A stretch of DNA of 64,000 nucleotides from an uncultured Gammaproteobacteria bacterium (GCA_964490105.1 CAZAZU010000001.1:306361-370360); one strand, 5' to 3'; shown: positions 30,039-40,321, counted from the stretch's first letter. Notes: a model not told the origin generated them from the letters alone. A program made the numbers and translations.

Positions 30039-31379
30039 TCATAGCTGTAAGTATCTAGAAATAATTTCTAGAATTTGATTTTTTAATTGACCAGAACTTG
30101 ATAATTCGTCACCGACAAAAGTAGGATCTTGCCAGAATAATTTAAAAGATATAATACTTAACCCCTGATGAACAATAAAAATTCCAGTCAATAAATAAAG
30201 TAAAAAACTGGAATACTTTTTTTTAACAAAAATAATGATCTCAGCTATCCCAAAAATTAAAATTGGAAAAATACTAATAAAATACCTCGCAGTATATCCT
30301 GCTACATTCCATCCATCATAGCTAGAAATTAATAAAAAAACTAAAAGAGAAATCATAATAAATACGAATCCAATGTCTTTATTTTTTTTTCTAAACATAA
30401 ATAACCCAAGCATTGAAATGAGCATTAACGGCATATAAATGGCTATTCCTTGCTTTGGATCAAATAATACGTCCGTAAAATGAGAAAACGGCAAAAAATC
30501 ATTTTCTGCTTTTGATAAATGCGGAATTAATAAAATTTTACCTTGTCCCAAATACATAATGAGTAGCTGAGGTAGGTATGATATCAATATTCCTGCTGCT
30601 AAAATAAAAAGTTTAATATAATTTTTCCTAAGCTTAAATTTTTTAAAATTAAAATTATTTATTATGGTTAATATTGGAATTAAAATAAGAAGAGCATCTT
30701 GCATTCTGCTTGCAGTCATTAATCCTAAAATTATTCCCTGCATAAAAATTATTTTAAATTTCTTATTTTCTTTAAATTTAAAATATAAATATATCAATAA
30801 TGAAGTCCCAAAAAATGAAAACGGATGAGTATTAACTACATCAATTGCACTGTAATAAAAAAGATTAGTAGAGAATAAAATTAAAATAATTGAAAGCGCA
30901 GTAATTTCTTTTGAGAAAAATTTTAAAAGAATTTTAGAAAGCAAAAATAGCCCACTAACAACAAAAAAAATATTTCCAATTCCTAATACTATCTGATAAA
31001 TATCGCTATAACCGTTTCTAATGATACTAGAATCAAACTTTGAAAAAATGATAGCTAAAATATCAGCGACAAAATATATCGGTATCCATATGATCGAGAT
31101 TCCCAATGAGAAATTATGAGTTGTTACATCAATATACTTTTGAAGCTCAGGAACAGAATTAGAATTTGAAGGCCTGTTATTTCCCTCCGGACTCCAGTCG
31201 TGAGCCATCTCATCAGTTATATCAATGTTTTGAGAATAATAGATGGATCTAGTATATGAGAGGTAATATCTTGCATCTCCATATACACTTTGTCCTACTA
31301 TTTTAAATTCTAAAATAAAAACAAAAATTAAAATGAATGCAATTATTAGATGAAAAAGAAGCCAGTGCTTGATAAACAT
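30039..31379 (-). CDS. GT-C-like integral membrane protein
   Basis: YGDARYYLSYTRSI loop motif and more than 10 TM segments. Confidence 0.6.
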   Translation of the reverse strand: MFIKHWLLFHLIIAFILIFVFILEFKIVGQSVYGDARYYLSYTRSIYYSQNIDITDEMAHDWSPEGNNRPSNSNSVPELQKYIDVTTHNFSLGISIIWIPIYFVADILAIIFSKFDSSIIRNGYSDIYQIVLGIGNIFFVVSGLFLLSKILLKFFSKEITALSIILILFSTNLFYYSAIDVVNTHPFSFFGTSLLIYLYFKFKENKKFKIIFMQGIILGLMTASRMQDALLILIPILTIINNFNFKKFKLRKNYIKLFILAAGILISYLPQLLIMYLGQGKILLIPHLSKAENDFLPFSHFTDVLFDPKQGIAIYMPLMLISMLGLFMFRKKNKDIGFVFIMISLLVFLLISSYDGWNVAGYTARYFISIFPILIFGIAEIIIFVKKKYSSFLLYLLTGIFIVHQGLSIISFKLFWQDPTFVGDELSSSGQLKNQILEIISRYLQL

Positions 31380-31414
31380 TTAAATAAAACTTAACTTAGA
31401 ATACCTTTTTCTAT

Positions 31415-31443
31415 TTGACAAAGCAAGGCTAGAATGGGAGAAT
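31415..31443 (+). promoter_or_regulatory. Sigma70-type promoter of lepB
   Basis: TTGACA (31415-31420), 17 nt spacer, GAGAAT (31438-31443), 8 nt before ATG 31452. Confidence 0.55.
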
Positions 31444-31451
31444 TAGTTGAT

Positions 31452-32009
31452 ATGGAAGCCCTTCGAAAGGCCTATTTTTTTCTCTTAGACATTCTTCAAA
31501 CCCTAATACTCGCAGCTGCAGCTTTTGTAGTTGTATACATGTTTCTTTTTCGGCCATTTGAAGTTAACGGTGAATCCATGTATCCAAATCTTCACAACCA
31601 TCAATACCTGATAACCGACATCATTAGCTTAAAACTGGGTAATCCAAAATTAGGAGAGGTGGTCGTTTTCAAAGCTCCAAATGACCCAGATAAAGATTTT
31701 ATAAAAAGAGTAATTGGAGTCAAGGGAGATCGAGTTTCAGTGAGGGAAGGGAAAGTATATCTGAATGATAAGCTGCTTGATGAAAGTAAATATCTTGATG
31801 CTTCTGTAAAAACGTATGGCGGATCATATCTCAAAGAGGGACAAACAGCGACTGTTCCTGAAGGCTATTTTTTCGTACTCGGTGATAATCGTTCATATAG
31901 TTCGGATTCCAGAGAATGGGGATTTGTTCCTAAGAAAAATATAATTGGTATTTCTAAATTTATCTATTGGCCTATTAATGATGCGGGTTTTATAAAAAAT
32001 CCCTACTAA
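31452..32009 (+). CDS. lepB: Signal peptidase I
   Basis: GESMYP (catalytic Ser), FIKRVIG (catalytic Lys) and GDNRSYSSDSR. Confidence 0.95.
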   Translation: MEALRKAYFFLLDILQTLILAAAAFVVVYMFLFRPFEVNGESMYPNLHNHQYLITDIISLKLGNPKLGEVVVFKAPNDPDKDFIKRVIGVKGDRVSVREGKVYLNDKLLDESKYLDASVKTYGGSYLKEGQTATVPEGYFFVLGDNRSYSSDSREWGFVPKKNIIGISKFIYWPINDAGFIKNPY

Positions 32010-32824
32010 GCTGTTAGAAGTGAAACAATTTCCTGAACCTTAGGCCCTGTAACCTCTACGTCTCCACCAATTTCAATTACAACTCTTGCTTTTGATCTAG
32101 ACTGGAAAATTGAAACTTTATCTACTGATCTTTTCTCTTTAATATTCTTTGCCATCTCATCTAATTCCGGAACCCATAGCTTATCTGTTTTCTTTGGAGC
32201 TCGTTGCTCTACCTCACCTTTTACCTGGCGTGCCATATCCTCTGTTTGTCTTACAGTACTATTATCCTTAAGGATCTTCTTAAATAGCTCAAGCATCATT
32301 TTACTATCTCCCACTGAAATAAGAGGTCTAACGTGTCCCTCAGTAATCACTCCTGCGACCAGCGCATCTTTAATCGCATCTGGTAATGAGAGTAAGCGAA
32401 TCGTATTTGACACAGTTGGAGCACTTTTTCCAACTTTTCTAGCTACCTCATTTGTTCCAAGACCGAACTCATCAATTAATCTTTTATATGCCTGTGCTCT
32501 CTCAATTGGATTAAGATCTTCTCTTTGAACGTTTTCTACAATTGCCATCTCAAGCATTTGCTGTGGAGACGTTTTCTTAATAACAACTGGCACTTTCGTG
32601 AGACCTATTAATTTAGATGCTCTCCATCTTCTTTCTCCTGCAATAATTTGATATCCCGCTGGGGTACTTGCAACGACAATTGGCTCGAGTACTCCTTGTT
32701 CTCTAATTGAGTCTGCTAGCTCGGTGAGGGAATCGGGGGAAATAATACCTCTTGGCTGTAGAGGGTTACTCTGAAGCATTCCTACTTCGAGTTCTGTTAT
32801 TACTGCTTCCTGCTGTGTATCCAT
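32006..32824 (-). CDS. parB: ParB/Spo0J chromosome partitioning protein
   Basis: NPLQPR, IAGERRWRA, ENVQREDLNPIE and HTH motifs. Confidence 0.95.
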   Translation of the reverse strand: MDTQQEAVITELEVGMLQSNPLQPRGIISPDSLTELADSIREQGVLEPIVVASTPAGYQIIAGERRWRASKLIGLTKVPVVIKKTSPQQMLEMAIVENVQREDLNPIERAQAYKRLIDEFGLGTNEVARKVGKSAPTVSNTIRLLSLPDAIKDALVAGVITEGHVRPLISVGDSKMMLELFKKILKDNSTVRQTEDMARQVKGEVEQRAPKKTDKLWVPELDEMAKNIKEKRSVDKVSIFQSRSKARVVIEIGGDVEVTGPKVQEIVSLLTA

Positions 32825-33079
32825 TTATTTCTGTGAGATAACTTGAACTAACTTCTTTCCTCTTTTTGTTATGAACTCAACTGTTCCATTAGCCACTGAA
32901 AAAAGCGTGTAATCTTTTCCCATCTGAACTCCGGTTCCTGGATAAACCTTTGATCCGCGCTGTCTTATTAAAATATTTCCCGGAGCTGCATTCTGCCCAG
33001 CATATAACTTCACGCCTAAACGCTTTGATTTCGAATCTCTATTTCCTTTTACCGATCCTTGTGCTTTTGTATGTGCCAT
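32825..33079 (-). CDS. rpmA: 50S ribosomal protein L27
   Basis: MAHTKAQGSVKGNRDSKSKRLGVK N-terminus. Confidence 0.97.
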   Translation of the reverse strand: MAHTKAQGSVKGNRDSKSKRLGVKLYAGQNAAPGNILIRQRGSKVYPGTGVQMGKDYTLFSVANGTVEFITKRGKKLVQVISQK

Positions 33080-33110
33080 ATAGGTTTATAGTCCTGTGAA
33101 AACTTATAAG

Positions 33111-33139
33111 ATTTTAGCTTTAATTTTCACAAAGGTCAA
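33111..33139 (-). promoter_or_regulatory. Sigma70 promoter upstream of rpmA-parB
   Basis: Minus strand TTGACC (33139-33134), 17 nt spacer, TAAAAT (33116-33111). Confidence 0.6.
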
Positions 33140-33160
33140 TAAGTCAAAGTAGATCTTTCT

Positions 33161-33541
33161 CTACTTTTTTGATTCAGTTGTGGCAGTTTTAGTTGTTCTC
33201 TCAGCTTTTTCAGTTATTTTAGTGCTACCAACTTCAATTTTTTCAATTTTAAATACTGTATGCTGTGGTCTAAAGCCCATAACTTTTCTGTATCTGGATT
33301 TTGCTTTAAATTTAGCTACCCTTATTTTATCTCCTTTAACTTGATCTACTAATGCAGCTGTTACAACTGCACCTTTTATACTTGGCTTTCCCAGAGTTAC
33401 TTTTCCTTCATTAACAAATAATAAAACTTCTTCAAAAGTATAATTTTTCTTACCATTTAGGTCGATTTTATCAACTGTTAAAGTATCTCCTGCTGAAACT
33501 TTATATTGTTTTCCTCCAGATTTAATCACTGCGTATTGCAT
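33161..33541 (-). CDS. rplU: 50S ribosomal protein L21
   Basis: MQYAVIKSGGKQYKV and KFKAKSRYRKVMGFR motifs. Confidence 0.97.
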   Translation of the reverse strand: MQYAVIKSGGKQYKVSAGDTLTVDKIDLNGKKNYTFEEVLLFVNEGKVTLGKPSIKGAVVTAALVDQVKGDKIRVAKFKAKSRYRKVMGFRPQHTVFKIEKIEVGSTKITEKAERTTKTATTESKK

Positions 33542-33563
33542 AGCTTTAAATTATACCAAAAAA

Positions 33564-34643
33564 CTAACGTATTTCCAATACTTCTCGCCTTTTTCCCTTA
33601 TTTAATGCAAATAGAAGTCCAAGTAAAATGAAATTTGATAAAAGTGAGCTTCCGCCGTATGAGACAAACGGCAGAGTTACTCCCACAATAGGCACGATTC
33701 CTATGTTCATTCCTACATTTACGAAAAAGTGGACGAAGATTATAAAGAATGCGGTAATAGAGAACATCTTGGAAAACTTATCTTCAGAATTTTTTATGAT
33801 TAAATAAAGTCTGAAAAAAATAAAAGAGAACGCAAGAATTATTATTACAGAACCCACAAAACCTAACTCTTCGGAGATTGTTGCGAAAATAAAATCAGTA
33901 TGACGTTCCGGAAGAAATCTAAGCTCTACTTGTGTCCCCTGTCCAAGCCCTCTTCCAATTAACATACCGGACCCCACTGCGATAACAGCTTGAATTGCGT
34001 TATATGAGGTACCCAGCGGATCACGCGACGGATTTAAAAACGTAAGCACCCTTTGTCTTTGGTATTCATGTAAAAGTACCCATAGAAAAGGAACGCTCGC
34101 AAGCCACATTAAAAATCCAGCAAAGAACCATTTAAATGGATATCCGTAAATAAGAAGAAGCCCCATCGTTACAAACACATAAATTAAAGCATTTCCGAGG
34201 TCTGGCTGAAAGAAAATTAAAAGCGCAATTGGAAACATAAAAGCTAGAGAAATAAGAAATGATTTAAACGAGTAAGATTTTAGGTTCGATAAATATGATG
34301 CTATGGAAATTGCCAGGAATGGTTTTAAGAGCTCAGAGAATTGTATTCCAACTCCAAAAATAGTAAACCATCTGACGCTACCCCTGCTCTCTACCCCTAA
34401 AAACAAAACTGCTATTAAAAGAATGAGTGACCCGACATAAATAGGAATCGTATAGTTTTTTAAAACAGAAGGATTAAGTTGAGAAAAAATAAAAAATATG
34501 ATTAACGAAAGAATGCTGAAAATTAATTGGCTTTTAAAAACTGCAAAATCTATGGAGTAAAGAGATACGAGACTAAAAGTGACCAGAACTCCAACAGCGA
34601 TCATGAGAAGCCAGTCAATTGAGGACAGAGAGATAAACTTCAT
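33564..34643 (-). CDS. rodA: SEDS-family rod shape-determining protein RodA
   Basis: QPDLG, IAVGSG, FLPERHTDFIF and LPFVSYGGSS motifs. Confidence 0.85.
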   Translation of the reverse strand: MKFISLSSIDWLLMIAVGVLVTFSLVSLYSIDFAVFKSQLIFSILSLIIFFIFSQLNPSVLKNYTIPIYVGSLILLIAVLFLGVESRGSVRWFTIFGVGIQFSELLKPFLAISIASYLSNLKSYSFKSFLISLAFMFPIALLIFFQPDLGNALIYVFVTMGLLLIYGYPFKWFFAGFLMWLASVPFLWVLLHEYQRQRVLTFLNPSRDPLGTSYNAIQAVIAVGSGMLIGRGLGQGTQVELRFLPERHTDFIFATISEELGFVGSVIIILAFSFIFFRLYLIIKNSEDKFSKMFSITAFFIIFVHFFVNVGMNIGIVPIVGVTLPFVSYGGSSLLSNFILLGLLFALNKGKRREVLEIR

Positions 34644-37546
34644 TACACCTTTGTAACTTTAAATTCTCCCTTTGTCAAATTATTTATAAGCGCTTTTCTT
34701 TTTATTTCTTCTTCAAACTTCTCTGGCCAATCAGGAAGACTAACATTTACTTTTTCAGACAGTGTTGTTCCAATAACTTTTCTCTCAGCCTGAATTTGCC
34801 TAACAATATCCCTTGCATCTCCCTCAGCCTTGAGCTCCTGCGTAATATTTATGTCTAAAAATAAACTCATTCGCTTTTTATAATTTTCATTGTCAGTTGC
34901 ATCAATAATTCCTTCTCCTTTTGGAATATCTGAGTAATTCATATAATCAATGCTTTTTATATTTAGTTCAGACAAAATGATTTTTTCGTATAACTTTAAA
35001 TTTCCTTTTTCCTTTAATGGCTCACCGAAAAATCCAATTCTACTTAGGGGCTGTCTTACTTTAATTCCTTTTTCTTTTCTAATTGCATGAATTCGCTCAA
35101 CAATTTGCCTAACAATATTCATGTCATTTATTAGTCTTGAATCAAAATCTTTTTCTTCTGGCCAACTCGCAAGGTGAACTGATTCCTCTCCGGTAAGATT
35201 TTTATACATCTCCTCCGCCATAAATGGAGCAATTGGCGAGATCAACTTACAAATAGTAGTAAGCACAGCATAAGTTGTTGAATAAAAAGCATTTTTATCT
35301 GACTCATCCTCTACACTTGCTCCTACTCTGTCTCTACTTCTTCTTATGTACCACGTAGAAAAATCATTTACAAAATTTCCTATTTTTGAAATCGCCGAAA
35401 CAGTGTCATACTTATCAAGATCTTTTGTCACATCTTCCGTAAGCTTACGGAGAAGAGTGATTATCCATTTATCTAATACATTTTCTGAGTTTTCCTTATA
35501 ACTTTCTTTATTCCATCCATCAACCAATGCGTAGCTTACAAAAAAGTTATAGGTATTCCAAAGTATTAACATCATACCCTTAACTTGCTGACGGTACTGA
35601 TCTTCAGAAATAATTATGTCTTCTCCGTTCATAATTGGAGAACTCATTAAATAAAACCTTAGCGCGTCTCCTCCGTATTTCCCAAGCAGTTCTTTCGGAT
35701 CTGGATAGTTTCCTAAGTTTTTACTCATCTTTCTTCCGTCAGTGCCAAGTATTACTCCCTCAACTCCTACATTTTTAAATGCTTTTGACTTATATAAGGC
35801 CCCGCCAATAACATGGAGCACATAAAACCACGCCCTAATTTGACCTGTATATTCCGCGATAAAATCCGGTGGGAAAAAATCTTCTAATTTTTGTGACACG
35901 TCAAAAGGATAATGGCGCTCTGCAAAACTAGCTGATCCTGCTTCAATCCAACTGTCGAGCACCTCCGGAACTCTTTTTGCTTTTTTTCCGCATTTACGAC
36001 AATTAACTTCTACGCCGTCGATCTCAGGCTTATGTAAGTCTTTTACTTCTGCGCCACTTGCTTCTTCTAACTCTCTTATAGAACCTGGCACAAACCGTTC
36101 TCCGCATTCGCACTCCCAAACAGGAACTGGGCTTCCCCAATACCTATTTCTTGAAATATTCCAATCTGGTGCATTCTCAAGACTCTTTAAAAACCTTCCG
36201 TGCTTAAAATGTTTTGGATACCAATTAATCTCTTCGTTAGTTTTTATAAGCTGAGCTTTTATGTTTTGGACATTCACATACCATGCATCAATTGGTGCAT
36301 AATAAAGGCGTGTGTGACATCTCCAGCACAACGGAACTGAGTGAGTAATCTCTTCATCCTTATAAATTAAATTTCGGCTCGAAAGATCTTCATTTACTGC
36401 CTTATTGGCTTTTAAATAATACATCCCCGAGAATTTAGGAACATGTTCTTTCACATTTCCTTCTTCATCCAGATGAATTTCTATATGAATATTATTTTCA
36501 CTCATCGCTTTCAAATCTTCTTCTCCATATGCTGCAATAGTAACTACACCAGTTCCCTCTTCAGCTGTTACAAAGTTTCCTTCGATTATTTCGAAAGCTT
36601 TTTCTCCTTCTTTAATTTTGTCTTTGTAGAAATCGTAATGAGGAATAAACTTTTTACCAATCAATTCGCTACCATTAAACTCATCAACAATCTTATAAGT
36701 GTCTTGATCTCCTAAAATTTTAATTGTTGTTTTTGCCAGAATATAACTCTCTTCATTTTGGATAACTTTTACATATTTAAGTTTTGGATTTACCGCAAGA
36801 GCCGGAGTAACAATTTTATTCCAAGGAGTCGTAGACCATGCCAAAACAAACGTATTAGGATCATCTTTTAATTCATACTTATATGTTGTTCCTTGATCTT
36901 TTGTGTCCTTATAATTATCAGCATCCATTGCAACTTCAAAGTTTGAAATAGGAGTTGAACAGTGAGGGCAAAAAAGTGTAACTTTAATTCCCTTATAGAT
37001 ATGCCTTCTCACATACATTTGTTTAAATACCCACATGACAGATTCCATGTAGGGCATGTCCCATGTTTTATACGCATTTTTAAAATCAACCCACCTGCCG
37101 ATATGATCCACATACCACTCCCATTCTCCTGAAATTTGTTCTACGTATTTCTTACATTCATCTATAAATTTCTTAACCCCAACTACGTCTTCTATATCTT
37201 TTTTTCTTTTTATTTCTAACTGGTTCTCTACTTTATTCTCAACAGGAAGTCCGTGACCATCCCATCCCCAAACACGCTTCACCCTATAACCTCGCATAGT
37301 TTTATATCTTCCGAAAACGTCTTTGTGAATACTCCCCAACAAGTGGCCATAGTGAGGCATACCGGTTACAAAAGGAGGTCCGTCTAAAAAGGTCCAGTCA
37401 CCAAGTGGTGCTTCTTTTTCAACTGACTTTTCAAATATTTTATTTTCTTTCCAAAATTTAAGAATATCTTCTTCAACTTGCGGAAAATTAACAGACGGAT
37501 CTACAGGCTTAAACCCCGCAGTTTTTGTTTTATTATTATCTAACAT
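34643..37546 (-). CDS. ileS: Isoleucine--tRNA ligase (IleRS2 type)
   Basis: DGPPF..GMPHYGH, WSTTPW, WNISRNRYWG and KMSKN motifs. Likely start at ATG 37546. Confidence 0.95.
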   Translation of the reverse strand: MLDNNKTKTAGFKPVDPSVNFPQVEEDILKFWKENKIFEKSVEKEAPLGDWTFLDGPPFVTGMPHYGHLLGSIHKDVFGRYKTMRGYRVKRVWGWDGHGLPVENKVENQLEIKRKKDIEDVVGVKKFIDECKKYVEQISGEWEWYVDHIGRWVDFKNAYKTWDMPYMESVMWVFKQMYVRRHIYKGIKVTLFCPHCSTPISNFEVAMDADNYKDTKDQGTTYKYELKDDPNTFVLAWSTTPWNKIVTPALAVNPKLKYVKVIQNEESYILAKTTIKILGDQDTYKIVDEFNGSELIGKKFIPHYDFYKDKIKEGEKAFEIIEGNFVTAEEGTGVVTIAAYGEEDLKAMSENNIHIEIHLDEEGNVKEHVPKFSGMYYLKANKAVNEDLSSRNLIYKDEEITHSVPLCWRCHTRLYYAPIDAWYVNVQNIKAQLIKTNEEINWYPKHFKHGRFLKSLENAPDWNISRNRYWGSPVPVWECECGERFVPGSIRELEEASGAEVKDLHKPEIDGVEVNCRKCGKKAKRVPEVLDSWIEAGSASFAERHYPFDVSQKLEDFFPPDFIAEYTGQIRAWFYVLHVIGGALYKSKAFKNVGVEGVILGTDGRKMSKNLGNYPDPKELLGKYGGDALRFYLMSSPIMNGEDIIISEDQYRQQVKGMMLILWNTYNFFVSYALVDGWNKESYKENSENVLDKWIITLLRKLTEDVTKDLDKYDTVSAISKIGNFVNDFSTWYIRRSRDRVGASVEDESDKNAFYSTTYAVLTTICKLISPIAPFMAEEMYKNLTGEESVHLASWPEEKDFDSRLINDMNIVRQIVERIHAIRKEKGIKVRQPLSRIGFFGEPLKEKGNLKLYEKIILSELNIKSIDYMNYSDIPKGEGIIDATDNENYKKRMSLFLDINITQELKAEGDARDIVRQIQAERKVIGTTLSEKVNVSLPDWPEKFEEEIKRKALINNLTKGEFKVTKV

Positions 37547-37668
37547 ATACAAATCGCCTACCACAAAAAGCGGGGCGAACATAAAGCTAATTGTACCCGA
37601 AAATGAGGCTCGCATCAATAAGTTCCCTTTACAAAAAAAGCAAGTCGTGAGATATTTGCTTAAATAAA

Positions 37669-38670
37669 ATGAACAACAGAGAATCTTGGGCAGATTTGGC
37701 TAGAATTCTTGCTACTTTTCTAATAATTTTAGTTCACACTTCAGGAATTAATCAGATTTCAAACCTTAACTACTACTCTTCACTTCTATACTCTTCCTTA
37801 GGGTATTTAGGAGCTCCTTTATTTTTTATTCTAAGCGGATATTTTTTACTCCCCAAAAAAGAGAGTGCGAAAACCTTTTATAAAAAACGCTTAAATAGAA
37901 TACTTTTACCTTGGATCTCCTGGTCTTTAATCTTGTCTTTTATTCAAATTTATCCATCAAGCAATTATTCCGTTTTTATATTTGTTTCTAAATTTAAAGA
38001 AAGCCTACAGGCATTTTGGTTTTTACCTCTTCTCGTTTGTCTTTATTTACTTACTCCATTTCTTAGAAATCTTTTAAATAATTCTTCGAAAAAAGAAATC
38101 CTTCTTATGCTAACTCTTTGGTTTTTAGCATTTTCTTTTTTCCCATATTCTTTAAATTCGCAGGCTTTTCCCTATGCCGCAGACAACGGACTAGTAAGAC
38201 AGACTTTTGGATTTATCGGATTTTATATTTTCGGATTTTATTTATTTTTAAATTCGAAAGAAAAAATAAATAAATATTTTCATTTGCTTTCATTTTTAGT
38301 GTTAATAATTTCTACAATAACGCTTTCTGTATTAATCCAATCAAAAAACATAAATCTTCAAATAATTCATTATTTATCTCCCACTATTGTACTAGCATCA
38401 ATTTCATTTTCCTTTTTTCTCTTATCCATGTTTAAAAAAATTAAACTTTCTAAAAAAGCTGTGTCATTAATCGCAAACATAAGCGGGATGAGTTTGGGAA
38501 TTTACCTACTGCATGATGTAATTCTTTCTAGAGTGATCACGGGTTACATTTTTGTAAGCCCAGTTAAATTCTATGCCGGATTTATGAACGCAATACTAGT
38601 TATGTTAATTAGCATTATTATTCTTTTTGTCGTAAGTAAAATTCCTGTTCTTAAAAAACTGCTTATTTAG
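37669..38670 (+). CDS. Acyltransferase family 3 (OafA/WecH-like)
   Basis: DLARILA, VH, PLFFILSGY, KKRLNRILLP and GIYLLH motifs. Confidence 0.9.
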   Translation: MNNRESWADLARILATFLIILVHTSGINQISNLNYYSSLLYSSLGYLGAPLFFILSGYFLLPKKESAKTFYKKRLNRILLPWISWSLILSFIQIYPSSNYSVFIFVSKFKESLQAFWFLPLLVCLYLLTPFLRNLLNNSSKKEILLMLTLWFLAFSFFPYSLNSQAFPYAADNGLVRQTFGFIGFYIFGFYLFLNSKEKINKYFHLLSFLVLIISTITLSVLIQSKNINLQIIHYLSPTIVLASISFSFFLLSMFKKIKLSKKAVSLIANISGMSLGIYLLHDVILSRVITGYIFVSPVKFYAGFMNAILVMLISIIILFVVSKIPVLKKLLI

Positions 38671-39268
38671 TTCCAAAAATAAAAACTGCATAGTATCCTG
38701 CAACCCCTCCGCATCCATGATTCCACCCAGCATCCTGAATAGCTTCTTTGTGTCCTGTTAAAGACCTATCCCATCCATACTCAACAATATGCACTCCATA
38801 CTGCGGCTGTACTCCGCCAAAAAGAACCTCACCCATTTTATAAAATTCATTTTGATTATTTGCGTATTTATCAAATCCGGCATGTCCATCAAGGCCTCCA
38901 TTTGCTAATTGCTCCTCAGCTCTTTTTTGGGCTATATCACACAGTAAATCATTCTTAGTAACTAATTGGACGTTATGCGCTCTTCTGTAATCATTCATGG
39001 CCGTATTTAGCTCATCTTGAGTTGTCATTCTGGGGTCCGGGGGTAAATTAATTTTAGTTACATGTTCATCAACTTTTTCAACTGACCAGTCAAATGGAGG
39101 CTGAGTCGGACCAATTTTTATATTTTTCTCAATAATCGACCCGTCGTTTTTAAGATAAAATTTTTTGGAAATATTAGTATTGCTTGCATTAAACATGAAG
39201 AACAAGAAAAGAAAAAACAAAATGAAAAACTTGGAAAGGTAAGGAGTACTTACGCGTATTTTTTTCAT
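38663..39268 (-). CDS. CAP (SCP/Tpx-1) domain exported protein
   Basis: N-terminal TM, MNDYRRAH, and WDRSLTGHKEAI...GCG. Start moved to ATG 39268. Confidence 0.75.
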   Translation of the reverse strand: MKKIRVSTPYLSKFFILFFLFLFFMFNASNTNISKKFYLKNDGSIIEKNIKIGPTQPPFDWSVEKVDEHVTKINLPPDPRMTTQDELNTAMNDYRRAHNVQLVTKNDLLCDIAQKRAEEQLANGGLDGHAGFDKYANNQNEFYKMGEVLFGGVQPQYGVHIVEYGWDRSLTGHKEAIQDAGWNHGCGGVAGYYAVFIFGTK

Positions 39269-39270
39269 AA

Positions 39271-39720
39271 TTAAAAAACTACTACGCGGGTATTCATCGG
39301 AGCCCATTCATAAAGCCACTTCGAAAAAGCAACTGGTTGATTTACGCACCCATGACTTACCCTTGTACCAAATTTATTGTGCCAAAAAGCACCATGAAGA
39401 GCATAGGCTCCATGAAAATACATTATGTATGGAACATCTTTTAAGAAATATCTGGGATAAGGCGGGTAATACCCGCTCATATTTCCTTTTTCCAGTTTTT
39501 TATAAATCCTAAAGTCTCCTTTTACAGTAGGCGTATAAACCATTCCAGTACTCACGGGGCTTTGATTAACTAGACGACCGCCATCCCATGCATAGAGCAT
39601 TTGCTTAGCTGTGTCCACTGTAATTAATTTTTCTGACGTGATTATTTGAGCATTAACCGGAACTACAGCCGTTAAGAGAAAAAACAAAACCGTGAAGAGC
39701 AATAGAATTATCCTTTTCAC
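39271..39720 (-). CDS. L,D-transpeptidase (YkuD family)
   Basis: Signal peptide and HGAFWHNKFGTRVSHGCVN (HG...SHGC). Confidence 0.92.
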   Translation of the reverse strand: MKRIILLLFTVLFFLLTAVVPVNAQIITSEKLITVDTAKQMLYAWDGGRLVNQSPVSTGMVYTPTVKGDFRIYKKLEKGNMSGYYPPYPRYFLKDVPYIMYFHGAYALHGAFWHNKFGTRVSHGCVNQPVAFSKWLYEWAPMNTRVVVF

Positions 39721-39760
39721 TAGATAATCGTATCAAAAAAATTGGCCGGGAAAAAGAAGA

Positions 39761-40321
39761 CTATTTTATGCTGATGAGTTCTATCTCAAAGGCTAAGGGT
39801 GTATTGGGTGGAATTGGTCCCGATCCATTTGGTCCGTATGCCAAATCAGAAGGAATTAACAATTTTCGTTTACCGCCTACTTTCATTCCTACCAGACCCT
39901 GGTCCCAACCGGCAATAACTTCTCCAGCTCCTACATTAAAACTAAAAGTCTGATTTCTATCATAAGAGCTATCAAATTTTCGACCGTCTAGAAAAGTTCC
40001 GAGATAATTAACTTCAGCTGTATCTCCGGATTTCACCTCTTCCCCCTGTCCTACTTGTATATCTTGAATTGTAAGTTGTGTTACATTTTGCATAGCTTGT
40101 GGCGCCTGAGTTGGAGCAATTGTCGCTTTCTGGGATTGCATTCCTATTGGACTTTCGCTTTGAGACACAACTGCCTCAGGGTTTCCAAAATTTGAAAGCT
40201 CCTGTTTTGCTTTTTCGCTCTCGCTCGGCTTTATATTATTCTTTGTGTATACTATCACACCGCCGACAATTAAAAAACATATAATTCCAAATATTATAAT
40301 CCGCGGGTTTAGCATATTCAT
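39761..40321 (-). CDS. FKBP-type peptidyl-prolyl isomerase, membrane anchored
   Basis: FDSSYDR, VIAGWDQG, LAYG and IPPNTPL motifs. Confidence 0.95.
   Translation of the reverse strand: MNMLNPRIIIFGIICFLIVGGVIVYTKNNIKPSESEKAKQELSNFGNPEAVVSQSESPIGMQSQKATIAPTQAPQAMQNVTQLTIQDIQVGQGEEVKSGDTAEVNYLGTFLDGRKFDSSYDRNQTFSFNVGAGEVIAGWDQGLVGMKVGGKRKLLIPSDLAYGPNGSGPIPPNTPLAFEIELISIK

Noticed and set aside
33095-33131. Possible parS site near parB
   Set aside because: The half-sites resemble parS halves but are in reversed order and 21 nt apart, not the contiguous 16-bp palindrome.
37547-37668. T-box riboswitch upstream of ileS
   Set aside because: The region is short, shared with a divergent gene, and lacks a recognisable T-box UGGNACC bulge or Stem I.
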